Source: a virus
Taxonomy: Duplodnaviria; Caudoviricetes
Virus record (IMG/VR): IMGVR_UViG_3300015360_000004
Location: 1 to 60,283 of that record
Reading direction: 5' to 3' (one strand)
Length of the DNA: 60,283 nt
In this document: piece by piece, positions 9,463 to 18,894 of the stretch
Numbering within the stretch: the stretch's first letter is position 1
How the letters are laid out: the number at the start of each line of letters is the position of its first letter
Position numbers and translations under genes: made by a program
Notes under the pieces: model-generated
Told to the model about the DNA's origin: nothing
What the model saw: only the letters and a program-made list of their open reading frames with translations
Databases searched by the model: none

Positions 9463-9968
9463 CGGGCGGTCGCCTCGAAGAACTCCTTTACCTGGAGGAT
9501 GGAGACCGGGCGGAAGTTCCAGACGTCGACGCCCACGTCAAGCCGCCTGCTTCCAGGGACATAGGGCAGGTTGCCGTGGGCGTGGCCGTGCAGGTGCCAG
9601 GCCCCAATGTCCTTGTCCGGCCAGTCGTCGTGATAGTGGTGGCTCATGTAGACGGAGGCTCCCGCCTCTTCGAAGTGCCCCTGGAATTCATCGCGGCTCC
9701 AGGCGAACCTGTCGGTCTTCAGCTTCTTGTCGTGGTTCCCCGCGATGTGGTAGATGTTGCCATTCAGCTTCCTGAGGATGGAGCCCGTCCATTCTTGGTT
9801 GACGAAACTCACGTCGCCGAGGTGGTATACCTCGTCCTCCGGCTTCACGCAGTCGTTCCACCGCCTGATGAGCGCCTCGTTCATCCCCTCGCGCGTGCGG
9901 AACGGCCGCTTGCAGTACTCTATGATGTTCTTATGCCCGAAATGGGTGTCGCTCGTGAACCAAATCAA
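9459..9968 (-). CDS. Calcineurin-like metallophosphoesterase
   Basis: SDTHFGH, HLGD, GNHD, HGHAH, DVGVD motifs. Confidence 0.92.
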   Translation of the reverse strand: MIWFTSDTHFGHKNIIEYCKRPFRTREGMNEALIRRWNDCVKPEDEVYHLGDVSFVNQEWTGSILRKLNGNIYHIAGNHDKKLKTDRFAWSRDEFQGHFEEAGASVYMSHHYHDDWPDKDIGAWHLHGHAHGNLPYVPGSRRLDVGVDVWNFRPVSILQVKEFFEATAR

Positions 9969-12232
9969 GCGCCAGCCCTCAAGGTCGACTCCACCAGCTG
10001 GTTGTGGTAAAGGCCACGGCTCTCGGCCAGCTTATTGAAGGCCTCCTCACCGTAGGCGATGGTATGCCCGTTGCTCAGGCGGTTCTGGTTCTCCGCGTGC
10101 ATGCCCATCGCCTCTACCAACGCCGCCGCCGCGTTGCAGAGCGCGAATGCCAATTGTCTTTCCTCTGTCATGCCATCCGCCTTTCCATCTCTTTAATGAC
10201 CTCTTCCAACTTGTCCGCTGACTTTATCACCCTGTCGCAAGCCCACTCCGCGAAGTCGCAGTCGGCCGAAACCCATCCCCTGCCAGACAATCGCCTGAAG
10301 GGTATCCCATGAGACGCCAGGTACTTCACGTCCAGCGCCAGGTCCTTGTACGCCTGCTTCGCAAGGTCTCCCAGGCGCTTTTTCCCCGCCTTTTGGAGCG
10401 GACCTTTCTTACGGCGTGACCCCATGCTCGGCCCATCCACCAGCGGCAGCTCGTCCGGCCGGTGCCTCCATACGTCCTTGTCCCTGTGCTGCTTCATCAG
10501 CACACCTCATCGCAGCGGTCGTCGTACGGCCCGCATGGCTCATAGTCCCACCACGAGAAATCCCAAATCACATCAACCCCCGCCGCCAAGCCTCTTTCCT
10601 CATCTGCGCGTAGACGGGAAAAAACTCCTCGACTTCAACGCCATTCTCTTCCATCTCACGAAGGTCGGACTCTATGGAGTACTGGGCCATCTCGCCGTTC
10701 ATCGAAGACAGGACCGCGTACCCGGAATCTACCGCCTCCTGGGAAAGAACCTCGGACCGCTTTTCCAGCATCCGCATGGTGTTGAGAAGATGGCTGTCCG
10801 TCATGTCACAGACGCGAATGCTCCCGCCGTGCCGCGTCTTCCAAATGGCGGTAATCTTCCTCACGCTCCCTCACCAATCGGGCCTAGCGCATCGAGGTAG
10901 CCGCACGTGCAGGGGACGGCCTTGCAGTCTTTGAAATGGACGCCGTGGATTGCCAGGGCCTTTTCCAGCACCTGAATCCTGGCCGCTCGGTCTGTAATCA
11001 GGTTCCGTATCTCGGCAGCCGCGGCTATCGCCGCCTGCTTCGAATCGCATTCTATCGTGCCGTCCTTTAGGATGCCAAGCCGCTGACCGTCTTTCCCGGT
11101 GATTTGAATCAGGTAGTGCTTCTCGCTCATCTCTTCCACTCCACGATGAATGAGAATCCGAGCACGGTGACCTCCGCGTACCTGGCGCCCCTGATGGTGA
11201 CGCCGTACGAAGCCGTGAGAACCTCAACCGCCGCATAGTCTCGACCCATATACCACCTGTTGTCTATCAGGAATTTCATAAGCTCTCCCTCTGGATTTTA
11301 TTCGCCTTGCAATACTGACACGCACCCGGAATCCTTCTGTGCTCGCACCGCAGGCTGAAGGCCGGTCTTTTTGCCGGGCTCTCATCCCCCATCTCACCGT
11401 GAAGCTGGCATCTGAAGGTCATCAGCACCTCGCCGTGGTTGAAGCAGCGGCACTTCTTGTCCAGGAACTCCTGGCATCCGCAATCCTCTATGAAGCAGCG
11501 CCCGTCAACCGTAAGGTGGGCGGATTGCGAGTGCCGGCATGTGCACATGCCGCTCATTTAATCCTCGCCCGCTTCTTGTCCGGCCTTCCTTGCCGCATCG
11601 TAATCTCCGTGTGCATTTCCATGGTTTGAACCTTGAATTTTTTCTTCCCTATCATGAGCGTGCCACCGTTGCGCACGAGGTCCTGGAGGGCCGGAAGGAG
11701 CTCATCCTCGTACTCATAGACGGCCAACTTGAGGTGGACGGCAATCATCTGGGCCTTCTGGAGATAAGGCGCATCTCGCCTCCGCTGGTCAGCATGCTCC
11801 TGCCGTGCAGCCTTTCGTCGAGGACCTCGTACTGCCTGTAGCACGGTTCGCCGCGCGTCGTCATCCTCAGGACGTACCCCGTGCGGCCGGTGTTGTACCC
11901 GCCGGTCAGCTCGACCTTGTCTCCGAACCGGTAGTCCAGGCAGGCGAGCGGCTCCAGCTTTGCCGCGCATCCGGCCATACCCAAGAGGGTATAAGGGAGC
12001 AGGAAGCAAAGGCATTTATACCCGACGGGGTGTAGCCGGCTCAACGAGTCATCCCCGCATGAAAGTCATGCCAGTCCCTGTAGTACGCCCCGTCCTTGTT
12101 GGTTCGCATGTCAAAGTCAGCCATCAGCCCCGCATCTGGCCGATAGACCTCTATGTAGATGCCGTTTCCCGGCTCCATGCTGACGTTGTGCTTCCTGCAA
12201 AGGGCTAGCAATTCCTTCTTGAACTCATCCAT
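9965..12232 (-). other. Run of small hypothetical genes
   Basis: Coupled ORFs 9965-10171, 10168-10503, 10568-10864, 10861-11130, 11127-11279, 11554-11748, 11745-12044, 12041-12232. Confidence 0.6.
11276..11557 (-). CDS. Cys/His-rich putative zinc-binding protein
   Basis: CTCRHSQSAH...RCFIEDCGCQEF plus further Cys/His clusters. Confidence 0.65.
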   Translation of the reverse strand: MSGMCTCRHSQSAHLTVDGRCFIEDCGCQEFLDKKCRCFNHGEVLMTFRCQLHGEMGDESPAKRPAFSLRCEHRRIPGACQYCKANKIQRESL

Positions 12233-12286
12233 CTCCTACCTCCTTGGTGACAGCTTCTGTCACGGTTGAATACGTACCTTTGGCCT

Positions 12287-12499
12287 ATGAGCCGAATACC
12301 CGAATACCTTGTCAAGTTCATCCTTGGCTCCAGCGACTGGGACCTAATGCAGGAATCTGTAAAGCACCTTACTGCGCGAAATCGCCACCAGGGCTACCTG
12401 GACTTCATCGAGCCCGAGATTGCCAGGAGGATAGCCGAGGGCAAATGGAACCCCGAGCCTATAGTTACGTCACACCTTGGGAAGCCGCTCCCGCCTTAG
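12287..12499 (+). CDS. Hypothetical 70-aa protein; only credible plus-strand gene
   Basis: MSRIPEYLVKFILGSSDWDLMQ...; fills a gap with no minus-strand ORF; its TAG overlaps the convergent TAA at 12496-12499. Confidence 0.6.
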   Translation: MSRIPEYLVKFILGSSDWDLMQESVKHLTARNRHQGYLDFIEPEIARRIAEGKWNPEPIVTSHLGKPLPP

Positions 12500-14817
12500 T
12501 CAGTCGCCTCTTCCCACTCGCGGACGCACCTGACCGCGGAAACCGGGAAGCTGGACCGTTCCCGCGCCTTCCCAAGTTCGGAGAGGTGGTCGATGATAAG
12601 CCAACTCCTCGTCCGCTTGATACGCACGCCTTCGAAGACGGGGGCGTGTGACTCTCCACGTAGCTCGACCTGCGCGCACCTCACGCTCCTCCGCCTTCCA
12701 TTCGCGAGTAGATGGAGTATGCCTTGGCGCAAGACATGGCCTCGGCGAGCACGCTGGGTGGGCAAGGGCGGACAGAGACTTGGAGTCTGCGGGCGGTCTC
12801 CAGCCAGTTTACGGTGAAGGACATCCTATTCCCCATCCTGGCAAGGCAAAGCGCGAGCCTGGCCTTACTCATCTTTCTGCGCATCATTCGGGGCCTTTGG
12901 AGAGGAATTCTATAAAGCCATTGACGCCGTCGCCCTTGAGCTCGCGCTCGGTTGCGTAGTATGCGTCTCTTGACTTTCCGGTATCATCCAGCGTTTTGAT
13001 GTAATCCTCGGCGAACTCCTTCAGCCGCATCATCGCGACCGAGCCCACCCTCGGCTTAGTTTGCTTCTTCATCTTCCCCGCCTTTACTTGGTCTGCCAGT
13101 TCGCTATAAGTCCACGAGTCCACACGCACGCCGATACGATTGCCAGCCCGAGGATTCCCCATTGGCTGTTCGTCCAGGCCACCCACATCCAGAGCGGCTC
13201 ATTGGCCAGCCCGAATACGAACCCCCACCTCCGAATCCGAGGAGCCTTAACACCCACCAGGAAGATGGCCAGTATTCCCTGGATGAAGAGAACGACCTGG
13301 AGCATCAATTGAGCTCGCCTCGGTCCCTCTTCCCACGGATGAAGGCCTCCATATACCGTTCGAGCGCCTCATCGAGCATTTTCGCAGCCGCGGTCAGCTC
13401 GTCCAGTTTGCGCATACGGCCGATGTACCCGCACTCCATGGCATCGGCCAGCCGGTTGATTGTGAATACCAGGGATTCCATTGCCTGCTCGTTCATGCCA
13501 TAGACCCGCGACGTTCGACCTTCACGCCGGGAAGCAATTGCTTCAGCCGTATCATCGCCTCGTTCGGCGCATGCGCGGGCAGCATTACCGAGCCCGATTT
13601 CACCACCCTTACGGCTTTCGCTATCAGAAGCAGTCCTTCCTCGTCGAAGCGGACTTGCATGCTTCCTTTCGTCCGCGGAGACTGCCTATACGCGCGGTCG
13701 TCCGCTTGAGGCTTGTTCATCTTCTTTATCAAGTTCATCTCGGCTCCTAATCCTTGAGGGGGCAACGGTCTGCATGACGCTTGAACGCGGCGAAGTGTGA
13801 CTTGCATGAGCACTCGACTCTTGGGTCTTCAGCCCAATAGCTATTGTTATTCGGGTCGTACCTAAACGTTCCGCCGTTCCTCGCGTGTCCTGCTATCTCC
13901 GCCGGGGTCATAGGTGGATTCGCCGGAGAGGTAGGCTGTCCGCCATAGTTGATGGAGTTGAGGGCGCCCTTCAATTGGCGAAACGCGTATGCCCTACTGG
14001 TCTCCCTGTAGAAGCAGATTGCCTGCGCCTCTATAAGCTGGAGCGCTTCGAACAGGCTTACCTTGTCCAGGTCCTCGGAGCCGAGAGTCCGAATGGGGTT
14101 GACGTACTCTGTCTTCGCCTTCATCGGATATTGAATTTTCGGGTAGATGGCCATTACTTCGCCGCCTCCATCCTCACCAGGAACGGCTTGCCCTTGGCGG
14201 ACAGGTAGACCATGAATAGGTCTTCCCCGTCCTGGAAGAAGGCGAGCTCGCGCTCCACCATCTTCTCCAGGAGGACGTCCAACCGGTCCTCTTCAAGGAA
14301 CCGGACACGTGCGTGGTTTCTGGTCTTGTCCGTGAGCACCTGGGCATTTCCTTTTACGAGGAAAACCCTGTTCCCATCTTCAGAGAGAAGCATCACTGAG
14401 GTCGTGGTCTGGTAGTTATTCATGTCGGTCATTTCTTTTTCCCTTTTATACTGTTTAGGATGGCCTCTTCGACTGTGTTGATTTCCTCTTTAGGCTTGGC
14501 TGGAGCAGGCCAATTGAAGAGCATGGCCAGGATGCGGTGGAGTCGGCTCATGCCGCCGCCCCTACGGCTGAGAACAGCTTCTTGTCTTTCTTGTTCACGA
14601 ACTCTGGAAGGCCGCAGGCCTCGCAGTACAGGATGCGCCCGCCGTCAATCGGCTTGACGTGTTCTGGGTTTATGTACTGGGGACAGGACGTCTCGGGGAT
14701 GCGGATGTTCAGCCAGCGGGTTACCTGGGGTACCCCGTGTCCGGCCATTCCGCCCATGTTCATCTTGTCGGCAAACTCTCTCTTCGAGAGCCACCGATGA
14801 TTTCCATTGCACTTCAT
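12496..14817 (-). other. Run of small hypothetical genes
   Basis: Coupled ORFs including 12681-12887, 13305-13496, 13747-14154, 14154-14432 and a Zn-ribbon-like 14548-14817. Confidence 0.6.
13084..13308 (-). CDS. Small membrane protein (PnuC-like 3-TM)
   Basis: Three hydrophobic helices; RWGFVFGLANEPLW...QWGIL pattern. Confidence 0.55.
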   Translation of the reverse strand: MMLQVVLFIQGILAIFLVGVKAPRIRRWGFVFGLANEPLWMWVAWTNSQWGILGLAIVSACVWTRGLIANWQTK

Positions 14818-14824
14818 GTATACC

Positions 14825-14890
14825 CTCCAGCCCTTATTGTATCGGGGCTGGAGAGGCGATGTACACTTTTAATGGTAATATTATTATTAC
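14825..14890 (-). promoter_or_regulatory. Promoter with -10 inside an inverted repeat and an upstream palindromic site
   Basis: TGTACA 14860-65, TACAAT 14836-41, arms ctccagccc/gggctggag, site GTAATattattATTAC 14875-90. Confidence 0.7.
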
Positions 14891-14943
14891 CAATCTTAAG
14901 AGTCTTAAGAGTTATGCTTTCTTAAAGGACCCATTGGCCTCCA

Positions 14944-15342
14944 TTAGCCGAGGAAACATCCAGGTTTCCCCTCACGGATGCTTATCCAACCCTCTGGACC
15001 GACCAGGATGTGGTCAAGGACCGGAATGCCAACCAGCTTGCCGACTTCGCAGATACGCTTTGTGGCCTGTAGGTCGGACTCGCTCGGCTCAAGGCTTCCG
15101 CTGGGGTGGTTGTGCGCGAGGATGATGGATACGGCGTTATTTCGAATCGCCCACTTAAACGTCTCCCGCGGGTGGACCATGGATTGGTTGACGAGACCGA
15201 CCGTCACGATGTGCAAGGAGGTAACCACGTTATTTCCGTCCAGGCAAATCACCACGAAGCATTCTTGCTCGGCGTTCTTGATATTCCCGAGCAGCGGGAC
15301 CACGTCTCCCGGCACTCGCACCTTGACCTTGTTCATAGCCAT
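14944..15342 (-). CDS. RadC-like JAB/MPN domain protein
   Basis: EQECFVVICLD, VHPRE, HNHPSG...PSESD, LDHILVG. Confidence 0.93.
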   Translation of the reverse strand: MAMNKVKVRVPGDVVPLLGNIKNAEQECFVVICLDGNNVVTSLHIVTVGLVNQSMVHPRETFKWAIRNNAVSIILAHNHPSGSLEPSESDLQATKRICEVGKLVGIPVLDHILVGPEGWISIREGKPGCFLG

Positions 15343-15653
15343 TCCGAATCCTCTATCACCCGACCGGAGAGGCACACGAAACACTTCTCCATCTTGACGC
15401 GGCGCATGGCCAAGACCGCTTTCACAAGATGCTCAGGCTCCACGTTATCGCGGATTAACTTATCCTTCACGAATCCACTGTGCCCGCAGTTCGCGATAAA
15501 ATAGACCATCGTCTTCAGACGCTCCTTGCACTCGTTGCAGGGCACGGGGTCCCAGGCCTGCTTGGGCGAAATCTCCTTCAGGCGCTTGTGGAGCAGGATT
15601 GCCCCCGACTCCTTGCCGCACATTCGACACAGGGCCATTGCTACGTAACTCAT
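15333..15653 (-). CDS. Hypothetical Zn-binding protein
   Basis: CRMC, CNEC, CGH, CFVC; AAGGAGG RBS. Confidence 0.65.
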   Translation of the reverse strand: MSYVAMALCRMCGKESGAILLHKRLKEISPKQAWDPVPCNECKERLKTMVYFIANCGHSGFVKDKLIRDNVEPEHLVKAVLAMRRVKMEKCFVCLSGRVIEDSEWL

Positions 15654-15695
15654 TTATCCTCCTTATGCGGAATATCGTGATAACGAATATATGGC

Positions 15696-15720
15696 AAAAA
15701 GAAAGGGCCGCGTCAGCCCC
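15696..15720 (-). terminator. Intrinsic terminator after integrase
   Basis: GGGCTG ACG CGGCCC followed by TTTCTTTTT. Confidence 0.75.
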
Positions 15721-16888
15721 CCTTCTTACCCTCCATCATTTCGGCGGTCAGCCTCCAGTCCGAATAGTTGGTGGTGGTGACCGCGCTTCCTTCGGAGTGA
15801 CCTCCCCAAAGCTGGACTACGGGGGTGGGTATTCCTTTGCGAATCCAGTAGTCGAAGAAGGTCCGCCGCATGTCCTTGAAGGTTTTCGTCTTTTTTCCAG
15901 GAAGCAGTTTCTCAAACAAACGTTTACGGCGGTTGGAAATGGCGCTGCCCCAACTCTCGCGCTGGTGGTCCTTGTACTTATGCCCGGTGAACATACGGGA
16001 GTCAGGGGATGGAGCCTCTGCCTTCTTCTGGAGGAAGAGGTCGAGGAGGTGGGTCTTGTCGATTGGGACCTGGTAGAACTGGCCTGGCTCCTTGGCCCTT
16101 TCCTTGTTTACATACCACCGTTCGTCGTCCTTCAGGACCATGTGGGATGGGGCGAAGTCGAAGTAGTCTGCCGGGTCCATGGAGGACCAGCGGACGACAA
16201 GGGAAAGTTCGTAGAGCTCGGGGTCGCCTTTCTTCGCGTCCGCCATGAAAAGCTCCCATTCATCCAAAGCCCACATTTCCTTCCGCTTCCCGAACTTCTT
16301 CTTGTCCGGCCTGGGGAGGTCTGCCGCGTAATTTCGGCGGAGGGGGGTCCCGTCCTGTTTCGCCTCCCATTCCAGGAAGCGGTCCCAGTCGGTCAGGGTC
16401 TCTGACCAAGTCTTCGGGGCGTATGGCTCCCCGTCCTTTTTGAGCTTTATTCCGTCCAGGTCTGCGATTAGAGCGTCCAGGGATTCCGGAGTAATGTCCT
16501 CGACCAGGTTACGAGCCTCCCCTTTGCCCTTGTCCGAGCGGATGGAGGTTAGGTACCCCAGTTGGCGGGTCGTGGACCTTTTGTAGCTGACCGACATGAA
16601 GCGCATTTCCCTCCCTATGAAGGTAAGGATTTGCGCGGAAATCGTACGCCCCTTTTGTATCGGCTCGGGGACTATTTTGGCGGCTTCCTCGACCTTCACG
16701 AGGGTGGCCTTCCAATGCTCGGTCACGGCCTTATAGGCAATTTTCAGGGCGTCGTCCTTGGACTTTACCCCTGTCGGTTTCTTGAATTGACCCTCGCCGC
16801 GGATGGAGTAAAAGAACCAGAGGGTTGGGTCCTCGGGGCGGTCCTTTCGGCGTCTGACCTTTATCTTCGGGAATTTCGGTGGGCGCAT
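15713..16888 (-). CDS. int: Tyrosine integrase with divergent catalytic motifs
   Basis: 391 aa; N-terminal arm-binding-like region; TFKDMRRTF and WGGHS...TTTNY; adjacent attP. Confidence 0.85.
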   Translation of the reverse strand: MRPPKFPKIKVRRRKDRPEDPTLWFFYSIRGEGQFKKPTGVKSKDDALKIAYKAVTEHWKATLVKVEEAAKIVPEPIQKGRTISAQILTFIGREMRFMSVSYKRSTTRQLGYLTSIRSDKGKGEARNLVEDITPESLDALIADLDGIKLKKDGEPYAPKTWSETLTDWDRFLEWEAKQDGTPLRRNYAADLPRPDKKKFGKRKEMWALDEWELFMADAKKGDPELYELSLVVRWSSMDPADYFDFAPSHMVLKDDERWYVNKERAKEPGQFYQVPIDKTHLLDLFLQKKAEAPSPDSRMFTGHKYKDHQRESWGSAISNRRKRLFEKLLPGKKTKTFKDMRRTFFDYWIRKGIPTPVVQLWGGHSEGSAVTTTNYSDWRLTAEMMEGKKGG

Positions 16889-16963
16889 GGGAGGTCTCCT
16901 ATGGGATTAATTATAGCGTAATCAGTCCCAAAAGTAAGCCCGTCCGATGAATTTAGCTGATTT

Positions 16964-17002
16964 AGCCCTTTCCTAGCGGTTCGAATCCGCTTGTCGCCTC
17001 CA
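16964..17002 (+). other. attP: attP core: 3' half of a tRNA gene, probably tRNA-Cys
   Basis: T-arm AGCGG-TTCGAAT-CCGCT, acceptor strand TGTCGCC, discriminator T, CCA; no 5' half upstream. Confidence 0.88.
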
Positions 17003-17119
17003 CCTTCCAATCTTATCCCAATCAAGGTTTCGGTTTAACTTACCTTCCAACTCCTTGAAAAACAAGCCCTTGCGATAGAAATATTATGCAATGAGGTTCA
17101 ATGGGATTAAATAGACCAG

Positions 17120-17145
17120 AATAAGAAAGGGGCCTCTCTGGCCCC
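17120..17145 (-). terminator. Intrinsic terminator after the lipoprotein genes
   Basis: GGGGCC AGAGA GGCCCC TTTCTTATT. Confidence 0.8.
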
Positions 17146-17175
17146 AAAACTCAGTCCCAAAAGTATGCCCAAGCA

Positions 17176-17610
17176 CTACAGGTCGGTCTCCTCGCACCTC
17201 GTCCACGCCCCCACCTCGGCCAAGGCGGCCGCCTCGGTCCTGTAGTTGTAGACCGCCGCGGAGTACTTGGGGTCCGGGTGGGTTACCGGCTTTATGAAGC
17301 CCTTGGCGGTGTCGATGGTCACCCAAAGGCCGGATTTTAGGGCGTGACCCATCTGCCCAGGGACCATGCTCTGGGGCACCTTCGGAATCTTGAGAAGGAC
17401 GGTGTCCCGCCTCAGCGTGTCATTCCATGAGAGCTCGACGAAGTTGTAGTTGCTGGTCTCATCAGCCTCCCCGGTAGCGGCGTACCAGCACCACTTCAGG
17501 GTCTTGGCGTAGCCGCCTGGGAGTGTGGTCTGTGGTTCGGGGTCTGGGTCTTGAAGGCCTTGGCAGCCAATGAGCAGAAACACCGATACACAGGCCCCCT
17601 TAAAGTTCAC
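17176..17610 (-). CDS. Putative lipoprotein
   Basis: Signal peptide with lipobox-like LLIGC. Confidence 0.65.
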   Translation of the reverse strand: MNFKGACVSVFLLIGCQGLQDPDPEPQTTLPGGYAKTLKWCWYAATGEADETSNYNFVELSWNDTLRRDTVLLKIPKVPQSMVPGQMGHALKSGLWVTIDTAKGFIKPVTHPDPKYSAAVYNYRTEAAALAEVGAWTRCEETDL

Positions 17611-17990
17611 TTACAGGCCTTAGCCGAATCCCCAATCGCCGTGGACTCATATTCCGTCTTGGTGACGGCGAAGAGGGTGGAATCCTGCATTAGGAACTCG
17701 TACTTGGCCGGACGCAACTCCTCCGTATTGTAGGTCCAGTAGCACATGGTTGTGCTGCCGCCGTTGCTTCTGGGCATTGGGCACGTCTTATCTGGGTTAA
17801 GGGCCGCGGAATCCGTGAAGGTACCGGTGATGACCGTCTTCTCGCTCACGTAGATTTTATTCAGAATCTTACAGAGGCGCAGCTCGGCTTTGACCGAATC
17901 CTTTGGGTCGTCTACGGGACCAGCCGGGCCGGTTTTTTCGGTGCAGTAAGTCAGGCAGAGCAACGAGCCGACTATCAGGAATCTACGCAT
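17607..17990 (-). CDS. Putative lipoprotein
   Basis: MRRFLIVGSLLCLTYC followed by a TGPAGP linker. Confidence 0.65.
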   Translation of the reverse strand: MRRFLIVGSLLCLTYCTEKTGPAGPVDDPKDSVKAELRLCKILNKIYVSEKTVITGTFTDSAALNPDKTCPMPRSNGGSTTMCYWTYNTEELRPAKYEFLMQDSTLFAVTKTEYESTAIGDSAKACK

Positions 17991-18010
17991 GGTGAACTTC
18001 CCCCTCTATA

Positions 18011-18430
18011 TTATAGGCACGTCGAAAGAAACCGTTCAATCTTCTTCGTTATCTTGTCGAAATTGGCGGTTTGGCACTCCCAAATGGCCAAAACCCTCCA
18101 CCCAAGCCTCTCAAGGGACACCTCGGCGTTGACATCCCTGGCTACGTTGTCGAAAAGCTTGGCCGACCAGAAGGCCTTGTTTGACTTCGGCATCGGGCTT
18201 TTTCCGCACCCATGCATGTGCCAGAAGCAGCCATGGACGAAGATGGCCTTCTTCCTGGAACGGAATACAAGGTCTGGCCGGCCTGGAAGGCCATTAACGC
18301 AGAGCCGGTACCCGGTAAATCCACAGGACCTCGCAGCCTTCCGTACCAGGAGCTCTGGCTTCGTGTCCCGGCCTCGGACTGAGGCCATGATTCGTGAGCG
18401 GACCTCGTGGCCGAATACATCCGGCATCAA
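18011..18430 (-). CDS. vsr: Very short patch repair endonuclease
   Basis: RSRIMASVRGRDTKPE, LPGRPD, FVHGCFWH, FWSAKL..NV.RD, GWRVLAIWEC. Confidence 0.96.
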   Translation of the reverse strand: MMPDVFGHEVRSRIMASVRGRDTKPELLVRKAARSCGFTGYRLCVNGLPGRPDLVFRSRKKAIFVHGCFWHMHGCGKSPMPKSNKAFWSAKLFDNVARDVNAEVSLERLGWRVLAIWECQTANFDKITKKIERFLSTCL

Positions 18431-18756
18431 GCCTCGCCCTCGTCCCTGGCAAGCTTCTCGATAACGGCCTGGAGGACATATGCTGTCTTGTGGGTTTTCC
18501 TCCTTGCCCTATCCACCCGCTTGTCAATGCTTTCAGGCGCCCGGAAGTCCCAGCGCACGGTGCACGTAGACTTGGCAAGATGGTATATGTCCACGACGAG
18601 GATGACCTTGCCGCGGAGCTGGAGGTCCTCCAGGATTTCCTCGCACTCCTCCGCCGGTATGGAGAGGGTGGAGCAAATATCCTCCAATGTCGCTCCATCT
18701 TTAAGGGCGTTGAGGTTGCCGACAATCTTCTTTCTCTGGTAATAATAGGAGCGCAT
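18427..18756 (-). CDS. Putative transcription regulator (winged-HTH plus ribbon-helix-helix-like); repressor candidate
   Basis: GATLEDICSTLSIPAEECEEILEDLQLRGKVI then TVRWDFRAPESIDKRVDRARR..HKTAYVLQAVIEKL; first gene of the att-proximal unit. Confidence 0.55.
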   Translation of the reverse strand: MRSYYYQRKKIVGNLNALKDGATLEDICSTLSIPAEECEEILEDLQLRGKVILVVDIYHLAKSTCTVRWDFRAPESIDKRVDRARRKTHKTAYVLQAVIEKLARDEGEA

Positions 18757-18894
18757 CAGTGGTTCGCCTTTCCGAATCTACCTGTAACATTAAGTACGAA
18801 TCTGGAATTCGCCAAAGTAGCTGACCCAAGATTTCCCGCAACTACTTTTGCGGCTTTTGCGCACAGTTTGTGCGTAACCTTGAGCCGCTTGAGC

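Larger units (their letters stand above)
16922..17170. repeat. Integrase arm-type direct repeats flanking the att core
   Basis: tcagtcccaaaagtaagccc (16922-41) versus tcagtcccaaaagtatgccc (17151-70); atgggattaa at 16901 and 17101. Confidence 0.75.

Noticed and set aside
16964-17002. Functional tRNA gene
   Set aside because: Only the 3' half is present; there is no D-arm or GGCGACA 5' strand, so it is an att core
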